A stretch of 37,193 nt of DNA from Pseudomonadota bacterium (lineage in GTDB: Bacteria; Pseudomonadota; Gammaproteobacteria; Pseudomonadales; Pseudohongiellaceae): assembly GCA_040387155.1 (NCBI GenBank), contig JAZKEH010000216.1, positions 13,066-50,258 on the forward strand, read 5' to 3'. Every line of letters begins with the position of its first letter. The stretch's first letter is position 1. Under the pieces are notes generated by a model that saw only the letters and a program-made list of their open reading frames with translations, was not told the DNA's origin and did not search any database. Made by a program: the position numbers and the translations under genes. Positions 22,559 through 31,836 of the stretch are shown in pieces.

Positions 22559-22859
22559 CGTGATGACTGCTTTTTGGAATGGGTTGGGGAAAACTATTCA
22601 GGGAAATCCGGGGAGGAATCGGATCGTGTCCGCCCTCGCAGAAGGGATTACAGCGACAAATGCGCCAGATTGCCAGTGTTGAACCGCGCCAGGGACCGTA
22701 AACACCAATGGCTTGTTTGGCATAGTGCGAGCAAGAGGGTTGGAAGCGGCATTGGCCGCCAAAGAAAGGACTTAACAAGAATTGATAAAGGGAGATCAAC
22801 CCCAGCAATGCCCAGGCGAAAAATCGATTCAGGCTGTTAGTCAGGGAGATTTTCAACAT
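22542..22859 (-). CDS. yidD: membrane protein insertion efficiency factor YidD
   Basis: It has the conserved YQ..LSP......CRF.PSCSHYA......G motif. It overlaps the rnpA 3' end by 23 nt and the yidC start by 17 nt. At 105 aa it is longer than I expect for YidD (about 80-85 aa from memory). Confidence 0.85.
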   Translation of the reverse strand: MLKISLTNSLNRFFAWALLGLISLYQFLLSPFFGGQCRFQPSCSHYAKQAIGVYGPWRGSTLAIWRICRCNPFCEGGHDPIPPRISLNSFPQPIPKSSHHDGSQT

Positions 22860-23247
22860 GGGAAGTTCCCGCGACGGCGCAGGAAGCCTTGCGTTTCTGA
22901 AACTGCTCGGACATTCCGTCTAACAATCTATTGAGCATGCCGACGATCTTCTCATTGCTCAATGCATTCAACCCGGGTCTTGCCAGTACGACTATATCCA
23001 GCACTGGCAGCTGTGCGGAGCGATGACGGAAAACCTCACGACACAGTCGTTTCACGCGATTTCTCTCGACTGCATCTCCAACGTTCTTTTTGGAGATAAC
23101 CAAACCGATGCGAGCATGCTGTTGATCGGACGCAACCCCCAATAATAGAAGTTGCGGTGAGCTGACCTTGATTTTCGCGCCTTCGAATACCTGGCTGAAA
23201 TCGTGGGCTTTCAGCAATCGATGTTCCCTTGTCAGCCTGAAGCTCAC
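22837..23247 (-). CDS. rnpA: ribonuclease P protein component
   Basis: The 136-aa basic protein has the RNR motif region (VERNRVKRLCREVFR) and lies immediately downstream of rpmH. Confidence 0.93.
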   Translation of the reverse strand: MSFRLTREHRLLKAHDFSQVFEGAKIKVSSPQLLLLGVASDQQHARIGLVISKKNVGDAVERNRVKRLCREVFRHRSAQLPVLDIVVLARPGLNALSNEKIVGMLNRLLDGMSEQFQKRKASCAVAGTSHVENLPD

Positions 23248-23308
23248 AACGACCTCCGGGTAACAGGGATGAACAACGTGCTTCCATGCAGCCTTAAAGG
23301 CAGGGGGA

Positions 23309-23443
23309 TCAGGCGGTCAGACGATTACGGCCTTTGGCTCTACGACGTGCCAAAACCTGGCGACCTTTTTTGGTGGCCATGCGTGCACGAAAACCGTGGG
23401 TGCGAGCGCGCTTGATGTTGCTGGGTTGAAATGTACGTTTCAT
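23309..23443 (-). CDS. rpmH: 50S ribosomal protein L34
   Basis: [44 protein letters not shown] is 44 aa long. The ORF-track start at 23509 adds 22 spurious residues that run into the promoter. Confidence 0.97.
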   Translation of the reverse strand: MKRTFQPSNIKRARTHGFRARMATKKGRQVLARRRAKGRNRLTA

Positions 23444-23480
23444 TGGCGGATACCGCAGTGGGTCGGAAAAAAGAGCGCGG

Positions 23481-23509
23481 ATTCTAAATAGATTAACAGC
23501 GAGGTGCAA
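23481..23509 (-). promoter_or_regulatory. candidate sigma70 promoter of rpmH-rnpA
   Basis: On the minus strand, TTGCAC (23509-23504), a 17-nt spacer and TAGAAT (23486-23481) lie about 40 nt upstream of the rpmH ATG. Confidence 0.5.
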
Positions 23510-23571
23510 TTTAAATCGCGGGTGGCCATTTAATCCGGGTGGACCACAAACCGCAACCTTTGACTAACAAG

Positions 23572-23580
23572 TTATCCACA
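23572..23580 (+). promoter_or_regulatory. consensus DnaA box TTATCCACA
   Basis: This is an exact 9/9 match. It is followed one helical turn later by GGATGCACA, so CACAGGG recurs at an 11-bp period. Confidence 0.65.
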
Positions 23581-23668
23581 GGGGATGCACAGGGAGGGTC
23601 GAAAATTTTCGCTTTCCGTAGCGAGTCAAAATCCCCGAGATTTTTAAGAGGCGCACCCACAACCATTT

Positions 23669-23718
23669 GATTTATAAGAACAAACAAGATTGTCAAAAAC
23701 AACGAGATTTTGTTTTTG
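23669..23718. other. three GATT-initiated AT-rich 13-mers (candidate DNA-unwinding element)
   Basis: The 13-mers are GATTTATAAGAAC (23669-23681), GATTGTCAAAAAC (23688-23700) and GATTTTGTTTTTG (23706-23718). The block 23661-23720 has 17 G/C in 60 nt. The last 13-mer ends 2 nt before a perfect DnaA box. Confidence 0.45.
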
Positions 23719-23720
23719 CC

Positions 23721-23729
23721 TGTGGATAA
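23721..23729 (-). promoter_or_regulatory. consensus DnaA box (TGTGGATAA on the plus strand)
   Basis: This is an exact 9/9 match. It overlaps a possible dnaA -35 element (TGGATA, 17 nt, TAGACT at 23745-23750), which fits DnaA autoregulation. Confidence 0.65.
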
Positions 23730-23801
23730 CTGCGGGTCCGATGGTTAGACTTTCTCCCTGTTTCCACCACCCATAATAAAAATTCAGGGAGCCTTTTGAC
23801 T

Positions 23802-25331
23802 GTGAGCATTACCCTTTGGCAAAAGTGCGTCGTTTGCCTCAAATCCGAGCTGCCTGCCCAACAATTCAATACCTGGATAAGACCTATTCAGGTGCGGGGT
23901 AGTGAGAACAGCCTTCAGCTGTATGCCCCCAACCGCTTTGTGCAGGAGTGGGTCAAAGAGCACTTTCTGCCCCGAATTTCGGAGGTTGTGAAAGAGCTGA
24001 CGGCCGGCGCTCCTCCGGAAATCCTGCTCGACGTTGCCACCAATTCTGATGCAGGTGTTGGCATGGAGGCATCCTCGTCTCCAATGACCGAAAGATCAGA
24101 ACAGTCGCTGGATCGTTCAGCCGCTCGTCAGGTAATAGAAAGACAGCCTGTACTTGCTCAAGCCGATGAAATAGAAGAGCCGGACACCCGCAGCAGTGAA
24201 GACCTGCTTGAACGTGCGTTGAGAGAAAACAGTGACCCCGTGTCTGGTTCCAGCCAAAAAGGACGTAATGGCGGGCTCGGCGCTGGCGCCGCTTCGCGCA
24301 AGCTGACGTTTCGCGGCGAACTGAACAAGAACTACACCTTCAACAGCTTCATCCAGGGCAAGTCCAACCAGATCGCGCGCGCTGCTGCGGCGCAAGTCGC
24401 CAGTAATCCCGGCGGTGCCTACAACCCACTCTTTATTTATGGTGGTGTTGGTTTGGGCAAGACGCATTTGATGCACGCGATCGGCAACCATTTGATGCAG
24501 AAAAATCCGTCAGCAAAGGTGGTGTATCTACATTCACAGACATTTGTTGGCAGTATGGTGTCGGCGCTGCAGTTGAATGCGATCAATGAATTCAAGCGCT
24601 ACTACCACTCAGTAGATGCGTTGCTCATTGATGACATCCAGTTTTTCGCCAACAAAGAGCGCTCTCAAGAAGAGTTTTTCCATACCTTCAATGCCATCTT
24701 CGAAGGCGGTCGCCAGATCATCATGACCTGCGATAAATACCACAGCGAAATAAACGGATTGGAAGAAAGGCTCAAATCGCGTTTCGGTTGGGGCTTGTCA
24801 GTAGCAGTAGAGCCACCGGATCTCGAAACTCGAGCAGCCATTCTGATGAATAAGGCTATTCAGGACCAAGTGGTGCTCAACGACGAATCTGCAATGTTCA
24901 TGGCCCACAAGCTGCGTTCGAATGTGCGTGAGCTTGAAGGAGCACTAAAAAAGGTTATTGCCCATGCCAGATTTCTTGGAGAAGAAATCACGGTCCCGCT
25001 CATCCGGGATGCATTGAAAGATTTGTTGGCAATCCAGAGCAAGCTGATCAGTGTCGACAATATCCAACGCACTGTTGCCGAGTATTACAAAATAAAAATG
25101 GCGGACATGATTTCCAAGCGTCGTAATCGTTCTGTGGCGCGACCACGTCAAATGGCGATGTGTCTGTCCAAGGAACTCACCAATCACAGCCTGCCGGAAA
25201 TCGGCTCGTATTATGGTGGCCGCGATCACACAACGGTGTTGCATGCATGTCGCACCATCAGTGACTTGCGCAAATCTGATGTGGACATGGAAGAGGACTA
25301 TCAAAACCTCATGCGCTCCTTGTCGAGTTGA
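23802..25331 (+). CDS. dnaA: chromosomal replication initiator protein DnaA
   Basis: It has the N-terminus (M)[30 protein letters not shown], the AAA+ Walker A motif [10 protein letters not shown] and a C-terminal DnaA-box-binding domain. I prefer the GTG start at 23802 because GGGAG lies 10 nt upstream. The ORF-track TTG at 23796 is the alternative. Confidence 0.96.
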   Translation: MSITLWQKCVVCLKSELPAQQFNTWIRPIQVRGSENSLQLYAPNRFVQEWVKEHFLPRISEVVKELTAGAPPEILLDVATNSDAGVGMEASSSPMTERSEQSLDRSAARQVIERQPVLAQADEIEEPDTRSSEDLLERALRENSDPVSGSSQKGRNGGLGAGAASRKLTFRGELNKNYTFNSFIQGKSNQIARAAAAQVASNPGGAYNPLFIYGGVGLGKTHLMHAIGNHLMQKNPSAKVVYLHSQTFVGSMVSALQLNAINEFKRYYHSVDALLIDDIQFFANKERSQEEFFHTFNAIFEGGRQIIMTCDKYHSEINGLEERLKSRFGWGLSVAVEPPDLETRAAILMNKAIQDQVVLNDESAMFMAHKLRSNVRELEGALKKVIAHARFLGEEITVPLIRDALKDLLAIQSKLISVDNIQRTVAEYYKIKMADMISKRRNRSVARPRQMAMCLSKELTNHSLPEIGSYYGGRDHTTVLHACRTISDLRKSDVDMEEDYQNLMRSLSS

Positions 25332-25470
25332 GGTGGTATAGGCAAAATGCAGGGATGATGAAAGACGTGGCTGTACACGCAGCGCCACGCTTATATATAG
25401 AAGCAAGAAGCGGCAAATATCAAACACTGAACGCCCCACGATCAACCTCAGAACAAAACGAGAAAGAGCC

Positions 25471-26574
25471 ATGCAATTTGAAATATCCCGCGAAGCGCTG
25501 ATCAAACCATTGCAGTTGGTCACAGGGGTTGTTGAGCGTCGGCAGACGCTGCCGGTGTTGTCGAATGTGATGCTGGTGCTCGAGAAGGGGCTATTAGCCC
25601 TTACCGGCACCGATCTGGAAGTGGAGTTGATTGGGCGTGTCGCTGTGGAGAATGGCCAGGATGACGGTGAGATTACCGTACCTGCCCGCAAGCTGATGGA
25701 TATCTGCAAGTCGCTGCCGGAAAGTGCGCTGATCAAATTTGGCACCGAGGAAGGCAAGGCAGTAATTCGGGTGGGTCGTAGTCGCTTCACCCTCTCGACA
25801 CTGCCGGCCAACGACTTTCCAAGCGTCGAAGAGTCGAAAGGCTCTTTCGAAATCAAACTGGGCAGACAGCTGTTGAAAAGCATGCTCGACAGCACCAGCT
25901 TCGCCATGGCCCAGCAAGATGTTCGTTATTACCTGAACGGGCTGCTGCTGGAAGTAGCGCCGGACTATATTCGCGTCGTCGCCACCGATGGTCATCGACT
26001 GGCGTTACACACTGAAAAGATGGCTGTGGGTGTTGCATCCAAGCACCAGGTTATCGTCCCGCGCAAAGGGGTGTTGGAGTTGTCCCGCTTGTTGGCAGAA
26101 GGCGAAGACGATGTTTCGCTGGTGATTGGCAGCAACCATATCCGGGTAAAGACCCAGAATTTCACCTTCACCTCCAAGCTGGTCGATGGCAAATTCCCAG
26201 ACTATGACCGTGTGCTGCCGAAGGGTGGTGACAAAATTCTGCTGGGTAACCGCAATAATCTCAAACAAGCCCTCAGCCGCGCGGCCATTCTTTCCAACGA
26301 GAAGTTCCGTGGCATTCGCCTGATGCTGGCCAAGGACGAACTGAAAATTTTGGCCAATAACCCTGAACAGGAAGAAGCGGAGGATGTTGTCTCCGTTGAG
26401 TACCAAGCGGCGAGCCTGGAAATTGGTTTCAATGTCAGCTATCTGATCGACGTATTGAATGTGCTGACTACGGAAACTGTGCAGATGGTGCTGGCAGATA
26501 CCAATAGCAGCGTTCTTATGCAGGCTACTGACGGTAGCCCCGCGCTGTACGTTGTCATGCCGATGAGGCTCTGA
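25471..26574 (+). CDS. dnaN: DNA polymerase III subunit beta (sliding clamp)
   Basis: The 367-aa ORF starts MQFEISREALIKPLQLVTGVVERRQTLPVLSNVML and ends ...YVVMPMRL, the canonical clamp termini. Confidence 0.97.
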   Translation: MQFEISREALIKPLQLVTGVVERRQTLPVLSNVMLVLEKGLLALTGTDLEVELIGRVAVENGQDDGEITVPARKLMDICKSLPESALIKFGTEEGKAVIRVGRSRFTLSTLPANDFPSVEESKGSFEIKLGRQLLKSMLDSTSFAMAQQDVRYYLNGLLLEVAPDYIRVVATDGHRLALHTEKMAVGVASKHQVIVPRKGVLELSRLLAEGEDDVSLVIGSNHIRVKTQNFTFTSKLVDGKFPDYDRVLPKGGDKILLGNRNNLKQALSRAAILSNEKFRGIRLMLAKDELKILANNPEQEEAEDVVSVEYQAASLEIGFNVSYLIDVLNVLTTETVQMVLADTNSSVLMQATDGSPALYVVMPMRL

Positions 26575-26602
26575 TTGCCGAGGCGAGTGGCCTGCCTCCT
26601 TC

Positions 26603-27703
26603 ATGCCCACTCTCGCCAGATTGGCCATTAGCGGTGTCCGCAATATCTCCCCAGAGACCAGTCTGGAACCCGGCCCCGGGTTCAACCTGATCTTCGGCAG
26701 TAACGGCAGTGGCAAGACCTCCGTACTTGAAGCGCTTTACCTGCTGGGGATGGGCCGCTCCTTCCGCAGCCACCTGCAAAAGCCCCTGATCACCCACGAC
26801 CAACCCCTTGCCACAGTCTTTGGCCAAACCACAGACGGCCTGACTATTGGTATTCAGCGCCCCCAGCGCGGCCAGCAAACGATCAAGATCGCCGGTCGCC
26901 CAGCTGAAGGCTTGGCCCAGCTATCCCGCACGCTTCCCCTGCAGCTGATTAATTCGGACACTTTTCAGTTACTGGAAGGCAGCCCCCAGGAGCGCCGCCA
27001 GTTTCTCGACTGGGGAGTGTTTCACGTGGAACATCAGTTTTTGGATTACTGGCGTCGTGCGCGCCAAGCCTTGGACCAGCGCAATATGCTGCTCCGGAAC
27101 GAGGCCTCCGCCAGTGAGATAGAGCCTTGGTCATACGAGTTGGCCCACAATGCGGGATTCATAAATAACTATCGACGGGCCTATCTCCAGCAACTTTCCG
27201 CCCTGCTGGAAACAACGCTGACCGATGTTGGCCCTCCCGGTAACCATGTAATCAATATTGAGTACCTGCCTGGCTGGGATCCAGAGGCCGACCTTTTCGA
27301 CCAACTTCAGGATGGCTTAGCCCGTGATCGCAAATATGGCTTTACTACCTTAGGCCCCCATAAGGCAGATCTGCGCTTCCTGCTAAAGGGGCTAAGCGCG
27401 GCTGAGGTGCTATCCCGTGGCCAGCTGAAACTGTTGATCTGTGCCCTCAAAGTTGTGCAGTCCCAGTTATTGGTGCAGGCCAATGGCACCCAAAGTCTGT
27501 TTCTGTTGGACGACCTACCTGCCGAGCTTGATGCTGAAAATCGCATCAAGGTATGTCACCTGCTGGGGGGGCTAAAAGCACAGGTCTTTGTTACAAGTAT
27601 TGAACAGAGCGCATTAGCCGCTATCGCCCGCGAACAGGCAGATATCCACTCTATTGGCTTCACCCAGTTCCACGTGAAACATGGTAAGATTGACCCTGTG
27701 TAG
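26603..27703 (+). CDS. recF: DNA replication and repair protein RecF
   Basis: The 366-aa ORF has the Walker A motif GSNGSGKTSVLEA, the signature SRGQLKL and the Walker B motif LFLLDDLPAELD. Confidence 0.96.
   Translation: MPTLARLAISGVRNISPETSLEPGPGFNLIFGSNGSGKTSVLEALYLLGMGRSFRSHLQKPLITHDQPLATVFGQTTDGLTIGIQRPQRGQQTIKIAGRPAEGLAQLSRTLPLQLINSDTFQLLEGSPQERRQFLDWGVFHVEHQFLDYWRRARQALDQRNMLLRNEASASEIEPWSYELAHNAGFINNYRRAYLQQLSALLETTLTDVGPPGNHVINIEYLPGWDPEADLFDQLQDGLARDRKYGFTTLGPHKADLRFLLKGLSAAEVLSRGQLKLLICALKVVQSQLLVQANGTQSLFLLDDLPAELDAENRIKVCHLLGGLKAQVFVTSIEQSALAAIAREQADIHSIGFTQFHVKHGKIDPV
27018..27033. promoter_or_regulatory. parS: parS-like centromere site TGTTTCACGTGGAACA
   Basis: It matches 15/16 positions of either palindromic parS form I recall (TGTTTCACGTGAAACA or TGTTCCACGTGGAACA). 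It lies about 3.3 kb from the dnaA-proximal oriC candidate, inside recF codons for GVFHVEH. Confidence 0.6.
27666..27681. promoter_or_regulatory. second, weaker parS-like site AGTTCCACGTGAAACA
   Basis: It is one substitution (first base A instead of T) from the mixed half-site form TGTTCCACGTGAAACA. It sits inside the recF 3' end, in the codons for QFHVKH. Confidence 0.4.
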
Positions 27704-27757
27704 GCGCTAGGGACAAAGCCTAAATATCTCGTTAAATATCAAAGAGTTACAGCAATA

Positions 27758-30208
<2,451 letters not shown>

Positions 30209-30243
30209 CGATTTCGGCGATCCAGTAAGTCGGAGCAAGCTGA

Positions 30244-30525
30244 ATGTTGTTCACGAAACATCTGCGAGAGCCCATCAAGCGAGGCGAGATTACCTGCAGC
30301 ATTCGCATCTGGCTGAAGCCGAAAGTGAAAGTAGGTGGACGCTATCGACTGGAGGAAGGCTACATCGTCGTCGACAAAATCAAGCTTGTTTCTCTTGAAG
30401 ATATAACGCCGGCGTTGGCAAGGAAGTCAGGTTTTGCGGGTGTGGTTGATCTGCTCAAGACAGCCAAGCATGGCCCGGGTGAGAATATCTATCTCATTGA
30501 GTTTCACTACGACGCTTCTTGCTGA
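30244..30525 (+). CDS. small ASCH-domain (PUA-like fold) protein, YqfB-like
   Basis: The 93-aa ORF follows the pattern F..HL...I..GE.T.SIR.W...K.GGRYRL ... and ends IYLIEFHY. This resembles E. coli YqfB (ILAGRKTITIR ... FYVIEFKCL) as I remember it. Assignment is by motif recall only. Confidence 0.55.
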   Translation: MLFTKHLREPIKRGEITCSIRIWLKPKVKVGGRYRLEEGYIVVDKIKLVSLEDITPALARKSGFAGVVDLLKTAKHGPGENIYLIEFHYDASC

Positions 30526-31244
30526 CTGGCCGCTTGTTGTTCAGCAAGCGGCAACACTGTTGCTACCCACGCCTTCACTTGCTCAGTCAGCTCGCGCGAT
30601 TCACGACCAGTGGTGTCGATAGGATCACCGATGACGACGGTGATAGTGCCCGGTTTCTTCACCAGCTTGCGCGCGGGCCAATAGACACCAGCGTTGTGAG
30701 CGACGGGAAGCACCTTGGCGCCAGCTGCAATCGCGAGTTCAGCACCGCCAGTGTAGTACTTGCGATCAAGACCTGGCGCGCCGCGGGTGCCTTCCGGAAA
30801 TACCAAGATGGAAATGCCATTGTCGAGTTGCGCCTTTCCTTGTGAAAGCAGCGAATCGCGCGCATTGCGGCGCTTGTTGCGATCAATGGCAATCGGATTC
30901 AGCATCCATAACGCCCAACCGAAGAATGGAATTCTGAACAACTCGCGCTTTAACACCGCGCAGAGGGGTTGGAACGCGTAATACAAATAGATAGTTTCCC
31001 ACGGACTCTGGTGGTTGCTGAGCAGCACAAAGGGTTCCTTGGGCACCTTCTCCCATCCCTGTACTTCATAACGCACGCCGCAGCACACGCCCACCCACCA
31101 CACAACAAAGCCATTCCACTTCACAAAATAGCGATAGCGCGTGTGCAGTGGCAGCATCCAGCCGAGTAGCACGCAGAGGCTCGCATGCGGGATCAAGGTG
31201 ACCGCATAGCCCAGATAAAACAAAACAGAACGCAGCATCAGCAT
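30507..31244 (-). CDS. 1-acyl-sn-glycerol-3-phosphate (lysophospholipid) acyltransferase, PlsC family
   Basis: It has the acyltransferase motifs NHQSPWE (block I) and FPEGTR (block III) and N-terminal TM segments. I place the start at ATG 31244 (MLMLRS...), 10 nt after the gmhB stop. The ORF-track start at 31322 would overlap gmhB by 68 nt. Confidence 0.85.
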   Translation of the reverse strand: MLMLRSVLFYLGYAVTLIPHASLCVLLGWMLPLHTRYRYFVKWNGFVVWWVGVCCGVRYEVQGWEKVPKEPFVLLSNHQSPWETIYLYYAFQPLCAVLKRELFRIPFFGWALWMLNPIAIDRNKRRNARDSLLSQGKAQLDNGISILVFPEGTRGAPGLDRKYYTGGAELAIAAGAKVLPVAHNAGVYWPARKLVKKPGTITVVIGDPIDTTGRESRELTEQVKAWVATVLPLAEQQAASQQEAS

Positions 31245-31254
31245 GGGCAAGAAT

Positions 31255-31836
31255 TCACGAATGGCCGGTAGCCACAGTATCACTGTTGAGAATGAAAGTT
31301 GCCGCCGCCGCCAGATCATCAACGACGCTGGTTTGCGCGCGCAATTCCGCCGAAATCTTTTGTTCCATCAACACACCTTTGCCAGTGCGAACCAGCAACG
31401 GTTTGCAGCCACCACCAACAGCCATTTGCAGATCTTTCTCGTGGTCACCGACAAGCCAGGCGTTTTGCACCGATTGGTTCAATTCAGCAGCAATCTGTTC
31501 AAGCAGTCCCGGCAGTGGTTTGCGGCAGTTGCAGTTTTCGTCCGGGGCGTGCGGGCAATAACAGATCACATCAATCTGACCACCCGCCTCTTCTACCAGT
31601 GCGCACATTTTGCTGTGCATGTTGGCAAGCGTGTACTCATCGAAATAACCGCGCGCAAGACCACTCTGGTTGGTCGCGACCGCAATGCGATAGCCCGCCT
31701 GTGAAAGCCTGGCAATTGCTTCAATACTGCCAGGCAGCGGAATCCATTCATCAACGGTCCTGATGTAGTCATCCGAGTCGGCGTTGATAACGCCGTCGCG
31801 ATCCAGTATTACCAGCTTGGGTGCAGGCTCAGACAT
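31255..31836 (-). CDS. gmhB: D-glycero-beta-D-manno-heptose 1,7-bisphosphate 7-phosphatase (HAD-IIIA)
   Basis: It has the HAD motif I LDRDGVIN and the zinc-binding CYCPHAPDENCNCRKP motif typical of GmhB. The start at ATG 31836 ([11 protein letters not shown]) overlaps the glyS stop by 8 nt. Confidence 0.85.
   Translation of the reverse strand: MSEPAPKLVILDRDGVINADSDDYIRTVDEWIPLPGSIEAIARLSQAGYRIAVATNQSGLARGYFDEYTLANMHSKMCALVEEAGGQIDVICYCPHAPDENCNCRKPLPGLLEQIAAELNQSVQNAWLVGDHEKDLQMAVGGGCKPLLVRTGKGVLMEQKISAELRAQTSVVDDLAAAATFILNSDTVATGHS

Larger units (their letters stand above)
23519..23795. other. oriC: oriC candidate (Pseudomonas-type position, between rpmH and dnaA), overlapping the dnaA promoter/autoregulatory region
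   Basis: It holds two perfect DnaA boxes in opposite orientation (23572-23580 and 23721-23729) and a 7/9 box GGATGCACA (23583-23591). It also has an IHF-consensus match on the minus strand (AATCAAATGGTTG, 23660-23672) and three AT-rich 13-mers (23669-23718). Core genes switch strand exactly here. Confidence 0.55.

Noticed and set aside
23511-23702. 63-aa minus-strand ORF in the rpmH-dnaA spacer
   Set aside because: It sits on the DnaA boxes and AT-rich 13-mers and has no SD or homology, so this is non-coding origin/promoter DNA.
19118-23801. GATC (Dam) clustering as an origin signature
   Set aside because: Neither the mnmG-mnmE spacer nor the rpmH-dnaA spacer contains a single GATC. This criterion therefore cannot discriminate between the two candidates, and it suggests a Dam-independent origin.
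24945-25907. 320-aa minus-strand ORF spanning the dnaA 3' end, the spacer and the dnaN 5' end
   Set aside because: It is antisense to two highly conserved genes. It is Ser/Leu/Arg-rich with no domain signature, so it is a shadow ORF.
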